Source: an uncultured Solirubrobacterales bacterium (GTDB lineage Bacteria; Actinomycetota; Thermoleophilia; Solirubrobacterales; 70-9). From it: a stretch of DNA of 64,000 nt. The stretch is taken from the NCBI GenBank assembly GCA_963740995.1, contig CAVUGL010000004.1, forward strand, positions 297,306 through 361,305, read 5' to 3'. This document shows, piece after piece, positions 43,435-52,786 of this stretch. Within the stretch, counting starts at the first letter, position 1; every line of letters starts with the position of its first letter. The translations under genes and the position numbers were made by a program. The notes beneath the pieces were generated by a model, which was given only the letters and a program-made list of their open reading frames with translations, did no database searches and had not been told where the DNA came from.

Positions 43435-44550
43435 TCAGTGGCGGCGGCGGACGAAGCGGTACACCGGTCCGTCCAGCGAGGCGGCGTACAGGGCGCCGTT
43501 CGCGCCCACTCCGAAGGAGCTCAGGTTCGGCACGTGCACTCCGGTGCCCCTGTCCTTGCGCGCTCCCCCGAGCGTCGGGATCAGGGACCGGACCTTGCCG
43601 GTGCAGAAGTCGCCGTAGACGTAGCGATGCAGCAAGGAGCGACGCAGCCGCCGGTCGCGAACGACGTAACCGCCGACGATCGCGCAGCCGCCGCCGTCGT
43701 GGCTGTAGACCTTGATCGGCTTCACCGTCCCGCTTGCGGTCGGCGGGTGGGCGCCCGAGAACGGGGCGAACCCCTCGAAGTCGTTCCAGCCGAAGTTCGC
43801 GCCCCGGGCCGCCACGAGGCTCAGGTAGTCGATCTCCTCCCAGTGATCCTGCCCCACATCGCCGATCGCGATTCTCGGCTGACCCGGGTCGGTGGTCAGG
43901 TCGAAGGAGAATCGGTATGGATTGCGCAGGCCGCTCGAGTAGATCGTGGTCGCTCCCGATGCCGGGTCGATGCGCAGCAGCTTGCCCAGCATCGAGTTCG
44001 GGTTCTGGGCGTTGTCGTTGGGATCCCCTTCGCTGCCGCCGTCGCCCGTCCCCGCATAGAGAAAGCCGTCGGGTCCGATCTGGAGCTGGCCGCCGTTGTG
44101 GTTGTTCTCGCTGCTGTGTGTGACCAGCAGCAGCTGCCGCATGCTCCCGGCTGAAGTGTGGCGCCCGTTGGGATCGGCATGGAGCTCGGCGATCACGATG
44201 TTGCCGGCCTGGTTCGTGAAGTAGATGTAGAAGAGCCGCGAGGAGGCGTAGTTCGGGGCGAAGGCGACCGACAACAGGCCGCGCTCACCCTGGGTGCTGA
44301 CTTGGGAGGAGATATCCAGGAAGGTGCTGCGGTGCTTGCCTTTGACGAGGCGGATGGTGCCGCCCCGCTCGACCACGAAGACGCCCTTGATGCCAGGGGC
44401 CGAGGCTACATAGGTGGGGCTCTGGAAGTGCCCGATCCGCTTCAGCTTGACTCCCGGCTTCGCGGCGGCGCCCGGCGCCGCCGCCACAGCCAACGCAGCG
44501 AGCAGACAGAAGGCGAGAGCGACCCGCACCGCAAGGTTCCACGGCTTCAT
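43435..44550 (-). CDS. PQQ-dependent sugar dehydrogenase, paralog 2
   Basis: 371 aa with a signal peptide: HNGGQLQIGPDGFLYAGTGDGG, MLGKLLRI, SGLRNPYRFSFD, NFGWNDFEG. Confidence 0.82.
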   Translation of the reverse strand: MKPWNLAVRVALAFCLLAALAVAAAPGAAAKPGVKLKRIGHFQSPTYVASAPGIKGVFVVERGGTIRLVKGKHRSTFLDISSQVSTQGERGLLSVAFAPNYASSRLFYIYFTNQAGNIVIAELHADPNGRHTSAGSMRQLLLVTHSSENNHNGGQLQIGPDGFLYAGTGDGGSEGDPNDNAQNPNSMLGKLLRIDPASGATTIYSSGLRNPYRFSFDLTTDPGQPRIAIGDVGQDHWEEIDYLSLVAARGANFGWNDFEGFAPFSGAHPPTASGTVKPIKVYSHDGGGCAIVGGYVVRDRRLRRSLLHRYVYGDFCTGKVRSLIPTLGGARKDRGTGVHVPNLSSFGVGANGALYAASLDGPVYRFVRRRH

Positions 44551-44589
44551 CTGTGAGGGAACACCTCGCCGGCTCCTTCGATGCGGGAG

Positions 44590-45783
44590 TTACCCACCTG
44601 CAACGAGGCGATAGACGGGGCCGTCGAGCGAGGTGACGTAGATGTGGTCCTGATTGTCCTCGCCGAACGATGAGACCGAGGGAACGTTGAGACCGAGCGA
44701 GCGGTCGTCCTTCGCGTGCGGGATCGCCGGCACGAGGCTGTGGAGATCTCCGGTGCAGTAGTCCCCGTAGACGTAGCGGCCGTAGAGGGAAGGAAGCGAG
44801 TGGTCGCGGACGACGTATCCGCCGGTGATGGAGCAGGCGTCCCCGTTGTGGCTGTATTCGAAGATCGGCGGCACCGCGTTCGGGGCGGTCTGGTCCTGGT
44901 TGAAGCGGTCGGTCCCCTCAAAGGCCGACCAGCCGAAGTTGACCCCCTTGGCCTGGCCCTTCTGCCTGTAGTCGACCTCCTCGAGGGTGTCCTGGCCGAC
45001 GTCGCCGATCGAGATCGCGCCGGTCTTGGCGTCGAAGCTGAATCGCCACGGATTTCGCAGCCCATAGGAGTAGATCTCCGGCCTGGCCCCCGGGGGCCGG
45101 TTGACGAACGGGTTGTCCGGCGGGATGGAGTAGGGAGGGCCGCCGCTTCCGGTGGACGGCCTGATGCGGAGCAGCTTGCCGAGCAGCGTGTCGAGGTTCT
45201 GGCCCGTGCGGCGCGGATCGTCCTCGTGGCCGCCGTCGCCCGTGCCGATGTAGAGGTCGCCGTCCGGCCCGAACTGGAGCTGGCCGCCATTGTGGTTTTC
45301 GGCGAAGTCGGCCATGTTCAGGATCTCGCGGGCGCTGCCCTCGTCGAAGGAGCCATCAGAGCGGACCACGTAGCGGACCACGTGCTGGTTCTGGTCGGTG
45401 CCGGTGAAGTAGGCGTAGACCAGGTGGGAGCTCTGGAAGTTCGGCGGGAAGGCGATCGAGAGGAGCCCCTGCTCGTCGTTGTTGGTCACTTGGTCGCTGA
45501 TGTCGAGGGCCGGGTCGGAGAGCACCTGACCGTCCCGGACGATGCGCACGCTGCCGCCCTGCTCGACGACGTAGAGGTCATTGCTGCCGGGTGGCTGGCC
45601 GACGTAGGTGGGCTGGTCGAAGTCGCCGATCTTCTCCAGCGTCGGTTTGCCCCCGGCCGGGGCCGGCTGATCCTGAGTGGCGGTCGTCGCGGAGGTGGAC
45701 GACGATCCGCCGCCCCCGCCGCAGCCGGCGACGAGGACGGTCAGCGCGGCCGCGACGACGAAGCTCGAAACCCTGCCGGTCAT
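44590..45783 (-). CDS. PQQ-dependent sugar dehydrogenase, paralog 3 (lipoprotein-like N-terminus)
   Basis: 397 aa: LVAGCGGGG, HNGGQLQFGPDGDLYIGTGDGG, LLGKLLRI, YGLRNPWRFSFD, NFGWSAFEG. Confidence 0.82.
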   Translation of the reverse strand: MTGRVSSFVVAAALTVLVAGCGGGGGSSSTSATTATQDQPAPAGGKPTLEKIGDFDQPTYVGQPPGSNDLYVVEQGGSVRIVRDGQVLSDPALDISDQVTNNDEQGLLSIAFPPNFQSSHLVYAYFTGTDQNQHVVRYVVRSDGSFDEGSAREILNMADFAENHNGGQLQFGPDGDLYIGTGDGGHEDDPRRTGQNLDTLLGKLLRIRPSTGSGGPPYSIPPDNPFVNRPPGARPEIYSYGLRNPWRFSFDAKTGAISIGDVGQDTLEEVDYRQKGQAKGVNFGWSAFEGTDRFNQDQTAPNAVPPIFEYSHNGDACSITGGYVVRDHSLPSLYGRYVYGDYCTGDLHSLVPAIPHAKDDRSLGLNVPSVSSFGEDNQDHIYVTSLDGPVYRLVAGG

Positions 45784-45803
45784 TCCGGCGAACTCTAAGG
45801 CCG

Positions 45804-46628
45804 CTAGGGGTTCGTCGAGGTGCCGGAGCCGCCGAGCTCCGACTTCTGCTTCTGGTTACCCGCCTGGCCGATGATGTCACTCGGCTTGATCGGCACGACC
45901 TGGCCAGAGTCGTTCACCCGGGTCTGCGGTGGGGCGGTTGAGATGCGCACGACAAACTCGCCCTCTGGGACCGACCCGTTGGCGGTGACCGCCTTGGCCT
46001 TGCCCTCGAGACCGGCGGCGACGCGGTAGTGGACCGTGTAGGTCCCGCCCTGCACCGGGGTCACATTCCAGACGATCCGCTTGGTCTGATGCGCGGCGAG
46101 CGCCCCGAATGCGTAGGTGTCGGTCTGTGCGGCCTCGGCGCCGGCGGAAGCGCTCTGGCCTTCGAGCTTCGGGAAACCGGTCTCGAGGATCCAGACCGGG
46201 CGGAAGGGGATCGCCAGTCCCTGTTGCTCGGAGCGGACCGAGAAGGAGCCCTGGACCGTGGGCAGTTCCTGCGCGGTACCGGTCGATCCGTTGCCGGTAG
46301 TCCCCGTGTTCGCGGTCTCATCGGAGCTCGGGTTCTGATTCGGGGTCGTGAAGATCGTGATTGCGAGGTTCGGGATCGTCTTGTCCCCGGAGTTGGCGAT
46401 CGCCAGGGTCAGGTTCGTGTTCTGGACGAGCTTCTGCTTGCTCGGGAAGTCGGCACTGACGATCTGCACCGGGAAGTTGCCGGAGGGTTCGTTAGCGTCC
46501 TGACGGCTGCCCCCGCAAGCCGCCACCCCCGCTGCCAGGAGCAAACCGAGAAACCCGATCCCGATCAGTTTGCGGGCCTTCAGGGGACGGGCTGTCAAGG
46601 CGCTCTCCTCCAAGGCCGCGAGCAACAT
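45804..46628 (-). CDS. hypothetical lipoprotein
   Basis: The internal ATG at 46628 gives MLLAALEES...LIGIGFLGLLLAAGVAACGGS (lipobox). The rest is beta-rich and Thr/Gly-rich. No family recognised. Confidence 0.5.
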   Translation of the reverse strand: MLLAALEESALTARPLKARKLIGIGFLGLLLAAGVAACGGSRQDANEPSGNFPVQIVSADFPSKQKLVQNTNLTLAIANSGDKTIPNLAITIFTTPNQNPSSDETANTGTTGNGSTGTAQELPTVQGSFSVRSEQQGLAIPFRPVWILETGFPKLEGQSASAGAEAAQTDTYAFGALAAHQTKRIVWNVTPVQGGTYTVHYRVAAGLEGKAKAVTANGSVPEGEFVVRISTAPPQTRVNDSGQVVPIKPSDIIGQAGNQKQKSELGGSGTSTNP

Positions 46629-46835
46629 ACCACGCACCGTACCCCCGTCATCCCGGCTTCGAATCCGCAGTTCCGGTGATTTTGCTGGGGATTTTGCGCA
46701 TAAATGTTGTGGGTGGCGAAAGGCGTCCCCATCACATAATCTTCCCTTGCGTTCATTCGGCGGCAATGTGGCCGCCGGTGTTGAAGGTGCGGGGCCGTGG
46801 CCTCCAGCTAGGGGAACCGGCTCCGGAGGAGAGCA

Positions 46836-47642
46836 ATGGTCAGATCGGTAGCCGACAGGGCGTTCCTCCCGGCCAAGTCTCTATTCGAGCAGGTCGGAGA
46901 CATGATGATCCTGACCGCGAAGACGATCGTCTCCGCGATCCGACCTCCGTACCCATACGGCGGCGAGTTCATCGGCCAGTTCCTCTTCGCTCTCCAGCTC
47001 TGCTGGTTCCCGATGATGATCTCGACGCTGGCGTTCGGGTTCGGGGCACCCGGCCTGCAGGCCGCTAACTTCCTCTCGCTGTTTGGCGCGCTCGACCGGC
47101 TCGGCGGTTTCTTCGTGCTCGCCTCGATCCGCGAGTTCGCGCCGACGGTGACCGCGGTCGTCGTCGCCGGAGTGGCGGGCACGGCGATCACCGCTGACCT
47201 CGGCGCCCGGAAGATCCGCGAGGAGCTCGATGCGCTCCAGGTGCTCGGCGTCGACCCGATCAAGAACCTGGTCGTGCCGCGCTTTCTCGCGCTGATGCTG
47301 ATCACGGGGCTGATGGACATCTACGCGCTGATCTTCGGCATCGTCGGCGGCCTCGGCGCGGAGCTGCTCTACAACGAGCCGCTCGGAGGCTTCTTCGCGA
47401 CGCTCTTCAACAACGCCTCGGTGACGGACCTCTGGGGCTCGGTGCTCAAGTGCACCTGTTTCGGAGCGATCATCGCGATCGTCTGCGCCTACAAGGGGAT
47501 GACTGCGTCCGGAGGCGCCGAGGGCGTGGGTCGCGCCGTCAATGAGGGGGTGGTGATCGCCTTCATGGGCGTGTTCGCATTCAACTACGTCTTTACGCAG
47601 ACCCTGCTCGCCACGCACCCCGAGCTCCAGGTGATCAAGTGA
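46836..47642 (+). CDS. MlaE/YrbE-family ABC transporter permease
   Basis: 268 aa: REFAPTVTAVVVAGVAGTAITADLGARKIREELDALQVLGVDP. Confidence 0.85.
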   Translation: MVRSVADRAFLPAKSLFEQVGDMMILTAKTIVSAIRPPYPYGGEFIGQFLFALQLCWFPMMISTLAFGFGAPGLQAANFLSLFGALDRLGGFFVLASIREFAPTVTAVVVAGVAGTAITADLGARKIREELDALQVLGVDPIKNLVVPRFLALMLITGLMDIYALIFGIVGGLGAELLYNEPLGGFFATLFNNASVTDLWGSVLKCTCFGAIIAIVCAYKGMTASGGAEGVGRAVNEGVVIAFMGVFAFNYVFTQTLLATHPELQVIK

Positions 47643-48439
47643 ACGCCGGCTGGCTCGCGGTCCCGCGAGGCTGGCTCAACTCGATCGGCGAGATCTTCGG
47701 CTTCTGCACGCGAGTCGCGGGGCTCGTCTACTCCGGCCGTGTCTTCCAGTTCTTCGGCGAGGCCCTGCGCCAGACGGGCATCCTGATCCTCGGCTCCACG
47801 ATCGTGATCTGGGGCCTGGTCTTCATCCTCGGGCTCCAGTGCGGCATCGAGGGCGCCTACTTCAACCGCTCCGTCGGCTCCCCCGCCTACGCGGGGGTGT
47901 TCGCCGCGTGGTGCGACCTGCGAGAGGTGATCCCGTATGGCTTCGGCTACATGTTGTCCGCGAAGGTCGGCACCGGAATCGTGGCCGAGCTGGGCGCAAT
48001 GCGGATCACGGACGAGATCGATGCGCTCGAGGTGATGGGTGTGCCTCCGGTGACCTTCCTGGCCGCCACCCGCCTGCTCGCCGCCTGGATCGCCTTCCCC
48101 TTCATGTACCTGGCCGCCGTCGGGATCGGCTACTTCGCCAGCTGGCTGGCGGTCGTCGAGCAGATCGGGGACGTGTCCTCCGGCGGCTACTTCCTGATCT
48201 TCTGGATGTTCCAGAACCCGCCCGACCTCTTATTCAGCTTGATAAAGGGCATGGTGATGGCGACCGCCATCGTGCTCGTCGGCTGCTACTACGGCTACAC
48301 GGCATCCGGTGGACCGGTGGGCGTCGGCACTGCGACGGCGAAGTCGATGGTGCTCAACATCGTGCTCGTCCACATCATCGGGATGCTGGGAACCCTCGTC
48401 TTCTGGGGCGCGAACCCGAGGGCCCCGATCGGAGGCTGA
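47639..48439 (+). CDS. MlaE/YrbE-family ABC transporter permease (second copy)
   Basis: 266 aa: GTGIVAELGAMRITDEIDALEVMGVPP. Overlaps the upstream stop. Confidence 0.85.
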   Translation: MNAGWLAVPRGWLNSIGEIFGFCTRVAGLVYSGRVFQFFGEALRQTGILILGSTIVIWGLVFILGLQCGIEGAYFNRSVGSPAYAGVFAAWCDLREVIPYGFGYMLSAKVGTGIVAELGAMRITDEIDALEVMGVPPVTFLAATRLLAAWIAFPFMYLAAVGIGYFASWLAVVEQIGDVSSGGYFLIFWMFQNPPDLLFSLIKGMVMATAIVLVGCYYGYTASGGPVGVGTATAKSMVLNIVLVHIIGMLGTLVFWGANPRAPIGG

Positions 48440-48513
48440 CGCGGCGACCGGCGCTGCCCCCGTTCGCCCCTGCCTAGAATTTGGTTTCGGAAACGCGCAA
48501 GGAGGAGTGAGAA

Positions 48514-49527
48514 TTGGCTGAAGGGAACAGGATCACCGGCCGCCGCAGCCGCGCCCAGCAGATCGAGGACGAGGCGCGCGGGAACAACGAGCCCGAGGTG
48601 AGCGAGGACGAGGCGACCGTCGACGCCGAGGCCGTCGAGGAGGGCGATCCGCTCACCGCGCAGGGCTACGGCGAGGAGGACTTCGCCAACCGCGACTACG
48701 CGATTCCGGGCGTAGAGGCCGACGATCCCGATCCCTACAAGTGGCATACCGGCAAGAAGCGTGACCACGGCGGGAAGGACGCGATCGAGATCATCGATCT
48801 CGTCAAGCAGTTCGGCCGCACCCGGATCCTGAACGGCTGCAACCTCGGCCTCCCGGACAACATGATCTCGATGGTCCTCGGTCCATCGGGCACCGGGAAA
48901 TCGGTGCTGATCAAGCACATCGTGGGCCTGCTCTACCCCGACTCCGGCGACGTGCTCGTCCACGGCGAGTCGATTCCGAACATGACCGACGATGAGCTCT
49001 TCGAGGTCCGCAAGAAGTTCGGCCTTCTCTTCCAGGACGGGGCGCTCTTCGGCTCCATGAACGTCTTCGACAACACCGCGTTCCCACTCCGGCAGCACAC
49101 CGACAAGAGCGAGGAGGAGATCGAGGAGATCGTCAACCGGCGGCTGCGCGAGGTCGGCCTGGCCGAGGCGATGTACAAGATGCCGAACGAGCTCTCCGGC
49201 GGGATGCGCAAGCGTGCCGGCTTCGCGCGGTCGCTGGTGCTCGACCCGGCCATCGTCATGTTCGACGAGCCTGACTCGGGTCTCGACCCCGTTCGCACCG
49301 CGCTGCTCTGCGAGCTGATCCGCGAGGTCCACGAGGAGAACGGCGGCTGCTACCTGGTGATCAGCCACGACCTCGGGACGGCGCGCCGGATCGCCGACTT
49401 CCTCGCGGTCCTCTGGAAGGGCCGGATCGTCGAGTCGGGCCCCGCGGACGAGCTCTTCAACTCGAAGAACGAGTTCGTCAACCAGTTCCTCAACGCCGAC
49501 GTCAAGGGCCCGCTCGCGATGGACTAG
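48514..49527 (+). CDS. ABC transporter ATP-binding protein (MlaF/Mkl-like) with about 80-aa acidic N-extension
   Basis: 337 aa. TTG start behind aaggagg. GPSGTGKS, LSGGMRKRAGFARSL, VMFDEPDSGLDP. Confidence 0.85.
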   Translation: MAEGNRITGRRSRAQQIEDEARGNNEPEVSEDEATVDAEAVEEGDPLTAQGYGEEDFANRDYAIPGVEADDPDPYKWHTGKKRDHGGKDAIEIIDLVKQFGRTRILNGCNLGLPDNMISMVLGPSGTGKSVLIKHIVGLLYPDSGDVLVHGESIPNMTDDELFEVRKKFGLLFQDGALFGSMNVFDNTAFPLRQHTDKSEEEIEEIVNRRLREVGLAEAMYKMPNELSGGMRKRAGFARSLVLDPAIVMFDEPDSGLDPVRTALLCELIREVHEENGGCYLVISHDLGTARRIADFLAVLWKGRIVESGPADELFNSKNEFVNQFLNADVKGPLAMD

Positions 49528-49568
49528 CGGCCGCCGGGACGCCGCTGGAGCCGCTGATCTGTGATGCC

Positions 49569-49813
49569 ATGCCGCTGAAGCGGATCAAGACGAGGATCGT
49601 GCTGGCCGCGGTCGTTGATCAGCAGGCGACGGCTACTGCCTGATCGCCGACGTGCTGCCTTCATTGCCGAAGCGCAGCCACGCCGACCGCCGACGGGCAC
49701 TGCATCGCACGATGAACCGGGGCCTCTTGATTCAGCGACGTGGCCCGGACCGCCGCGCCTACGTCACGATCTCCAGCGAGGGCTGGCGGCAGCTCCGAGC
49801 GTGGGCAGCCTAG
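49569..49813 (+). pseudogene. small winged-helix (MarR-like) regulator remnant, frameshifted
   Basis: The ATG at 49569 gives MPLKRIKTRIVLAAVVDQQATATA-stop. The next frame continues LIADVLPSLPKRSHADRRRALHRTMNRGLLIQRRGPDRRAYVTISSEGWRQL. Weak call. Confidence 0.35.
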
Positions 49814-49882
49814 GCCGTCGTCTCCGTGGCGCTCCGGTTCGAATTAGCGCGGCTCTAATAGTCGCTCCCTAACCTCCGCCTC

Positions 49883-52609
49883 GTGAATGCGGGGAGATTC
49901 TTCGAGCGGGTGGCGAGCGTCGCCGTGCGCGCCCCGTGGCTGCTGATCTTGCCGATCGTGCTGCTCACCGGCGCCGGCATCTTCGCCGCCACCCGGCTCG
50001 ACACCAACGCCGGCACGGACACGCTGGTCAGCAAGGGCTCCTCGGAGTACAAGGCGACACAGGACTTCCACGAGAACTTCGGCGATGAGCCGGTGATCGT
50101 GCTGGCGAAGGAGGATCTCCGCAAGCTCGTCCTCACCAAGGACCTCGAGCCGCTCTTCGAGCTCGAGGAGTGTTTCGCCGGCGGGACCCAGCTCGCCGCC
50201 TCGCTCCCGCATCGCACGAAGCAGCCGCTGCCGCCGGTCTGCGACCAGATCGCGAAGCTCCACCCGAGCCGTTCTGTCTTCGGGCCGGGCACCTTCCTCT
50301 ATCTGAGCGTCGCCGGGATCCAGCAGGCGCTCCAGGGACAGATCGGTGGCGCCAGCCAACAGGCGCGTGCCGCCGGGCAGCAGGCGGCCCGCGCGGCGGC
50401 GAAACGCGGTGCGTCCACGGCGGAGCAGCAGCAGGCCGCCAATGCCGCGGCGCAGCAGGTCCTCAGCCAGTTCCAGCGCCAGCTCATCCAGGTGGCGCTC
50501 CAGTACGGCATCACCTCAGTCCCGCGCCTGGACGACCCGAACTTCGTCAGCCGCGTCGTCTTCGACCCGTCGAAGCCGGCCGGGACCCCGAAGGAGCGCT
50601 TCGGCTACCTCTTCCCCAACAGGAATGCCGCGCAGATCATCGTCCGCCTGCGCCCGGACATGACAGACGCCGAGCGTCACCAGGCGATCGAGCTCTTCCG
50701 ACAGGCCGTCTCGAACCCCCGCTTCAAGCTCAGTGACGGCAGCTATATCGTCACCGGCGCGCCGGTAGTGGTGGACGCCGGAGCCCGGGAACTGCGCAAC
50801 CAGACGCTGCTCCTGCTCGGCGTCGCCGCCCTGGTGATGGCGCTGACACTGCTGTTCATCCTGCCGCGCCCGCTCAGGTTGCTGCCCCTGGCGGTTGCGG
50901 TTGCGGCGGGCTCGATGACCCTCGGCCTGGTGGCCCTCTTCGGCGGGTCGCTGACCGTCGGGGCGATCGCAATGCTGCCCGTCCTGGTCGGGCTGGCGGT
51001 GGACTACGCGATCCAGTTCCAGGCACGCTTCAACGAGGCGCGAGCCGAGGGGGCGCCGCCAGGGCGGGCGGTGGGCGTGGCCGCCGTGGGCGGGGGGCCG
51101 GTGATCGGCGCGGCCTGCGTGGCGACGATTGCCGGCTTCGCGGTCTTCGCGCTCTCGCCGAGTCCGCTGGTCCGCTCGTTCGGGCTCCTCCTCGTGGTCG
51201 GGATCGCACTCGCCTTCCTGGTGGCGCTCACCGGAGGGCTGGCGGCGCTCGGCCTCTCCGCCTGGCGCGGATCGACGCCGGTGCCCTCCACCCGCGGGCT
51301 GGGTGGCGGGCGGCTCGGCGCCCGACTGCGGTCCACCTCCGTTGCGGCAATCGCCCTCGCGATCGCCAGGCCCAGGCGCGTCCTCTTGGCCGGCGGGCTG
51401 CTCGCCGTCTGCGGCTGGATCGCCAGCGCCGGGACCGGTGTCGAGACGGACATCCGGGATCTCGCTCCCCCGCACCTCGCCGCACTCAAGGACCTCAACG
51501 AGCTAGAGAAGGAGACGGGAATCTCGGGCGACGTCAACGTGACGATCAAGGCGCCGGACCCGACCAGCCCGGCCGTGATCTCCTGGGCCGAGGGCTTCCA
51601 GCACCGCGTGCTGGCCCGCCACGGATTCTCGGGGTCTAACCCGAGCTGCGCCGACGCCCAGATCTGCCCTGCCCTGTCGTTGACCGACTTCTTCGGAGGT
51701 TCCTCGGGCGCCTCGTCCAGCTCCAGCTCGACCAGTGGCGCCTCGAGCCAGGACGTCGGGGACGTTCATGCCCTCGTCCAGGCACTGCCCTGCTTCATCA
51801 CCCAGATCGTGATCAGCCATCGCGGCGAGTGCAGCCCGACGGCGGGCGCCACCCCGATCGGCGACACGGCCGATGTCGCTTTCGGGATCCGCGTGCAGCC
51901 GCTCTCGGACCAGCAGAGCCTGATCGACGACATACGCGCCCAGATCAATCCGCCCGGCGGCCCCGGACCGCCGCCTGGAACGACCGTCGAGCTGGCGGGC
52001 CTTCCGGTTTTGGCTGCGCAGGCGAACACCGACCTCTCCCGCAGCCGCTGGTGGCTGCCGCTCGCCGGTCTCCTGGCAGTCGGAGTGGTCCTGGCCGTGG
52101 TCTACCGCTCGGTGCGCCGCGCCGTCGTCCCGCTGATCCCGGTCCTGATGGCGACCGGCTGGTCGGGGCTGGTAGTCGCGGCGCTGGGCGTCTCGCTCAA
52201 CCCGATGTCGGCCACGCTCGGGGCCCTGGTGATCGCAATCGCGACCGAGTTCAGCGTGATCCTGTCGGCCCGCTACGCGACCGAGCGCGCCGCCGGCCTC
52301 TCGGTGGGCGAGGCCCTGCGGCGCACCTATTTGCGCACCGGCGCGGCAGTGCTCGCCTCCGGCGTCACCGCGATTGCGGGCTTCGCGACTCTGGCCATCG
52401 CGGGCCTGCCGCTGCTCGATGACATCGGTCTGATCTCCGTCGCGCCCGTTCTCCGCGATTTCGGCCTCGTCACCGTGGCCGACCTGCTGGTCGCCCTGGC
52501 GGGCGTGATGCTGGTGCTGCCCGCGGCCGTGGTCTGGGCGGAGGAGGGGTTCCCGTTGCCCGCCCGGGCTCGGCCGACCGCGGTCGCACCGAGCGAATCC
52601 CCGTCGTGA
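49883..52609 (+). CDS. MMPL-family (RND superfamily) transporter
   Basis: 908 aa with two 6-TM bundles and two large soluble loops. Motifs include MLPVLVGLAVDYAIQF and GALVIAIATEFSVIL. Confidence 0.88.
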   Translation: MNAGRFFERVASVAVRAPWLLILPIVLLTGAGIFAATRLDTNAGTDTLVSKGSSEYKATQDFHENFGDEPVIVLAKEDLRKLVLTKDLEPLFELEECFAGGTQLAASLPHRTKQPLPPVCDQIAKLHPSRSVFGPGTFLYLSVAGIQQALQGQIGGASQQARAAGQQAARAAAKRGASTAEQQQAANAAAQQVLSQFQRQLIQVALQYGITSVPRLDDPNFVSRVVFDPSKPAGTPKERFGYLFPNRNAAQIIVRLRPDMTDAERHQAIELFRQAVSNPRFKLSDGSYIVTGAPVVVDAGARELRNQTLLLLGVAALVMALTLLFILPRPLRLLPLAVAVAAGSMTLGLVALFGGSLTVGAIAMLPVLVGLAVDYAIQFQARFNEARAEGAPPGRAVGVAAVGGGPVIGAACVATIAGFAVFALSPSPLVRSFGLLLVVGIALAFLVALTGGLAALGLSAWRGSTPVPSTRGLGGGRLGARLRSTSVAAIALAIARPRRVLLAGGLLAVCGWIASAGTGVETDIRDLAPPHLAALKDLNELEKETGISGDVNVTIKAPDPTSPAVISWAEGFQHRVLARHGFSGSNPSCADAQICPALSLTDFFGGSSGASSSSSSTSGASSQDVGDVHALVQALPCFITQIVISHRGECSPTAGATPIGDTADVAFGIRVQPLSDQQSLIDDIRAQINPPGGPGPPPGTTVELAGLPVLAAQANTDLSRSRWWLPLAGLLAVGVVLAVVYRSVRRAVVPLIPVLMATGWSGLVVAALGVSLNPMSATLGALVIAIATEFSVILSARYATERAAGLSVGEALRRTYLRTGAAVLASGVTAIAGFATLAIAGLPLLDDIGLISVAPVLRDFGLVTVADLLVALAGVMLVLPAAVVWAEEGFPLPARARPTAVAPSESPS

Positions 52610-52679
52610 GATGAGTGTTCCCACAACCATGCGGGCGTGGTGACGCGTGTGGCCGTCGCATCTCGGGGTCCTCGGGCTC

Positions 52680-52700
52680 GCCCTTGCCGCCAGCAAGGGC
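52680..52700 (+). terminator. hairpin GCCCTTG-CCGCCAG-CAAGGGC downstream of the MMPL gene
   Basis: A 7-bp stem followed by TTCGCC, a poor U-tract. Confidence 0.3.
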
Positions 52701-52786
52701 TTCGCCCTGCGTCTCCCGATCTGCTCGGCTACACGCGCCCCCACACCCACAGCGCCGTGGAATCACTCATCTAGGACCATTCCGGC

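Noticed and set aside
49826-49860. GGTTCGAAT, a tRNA T-loop-like word upstream of the MMPL gene.
   Set aside because: The flanks cannot form a T-stem or an acceptor stem. No tRNA cloverleaf can be drawn.
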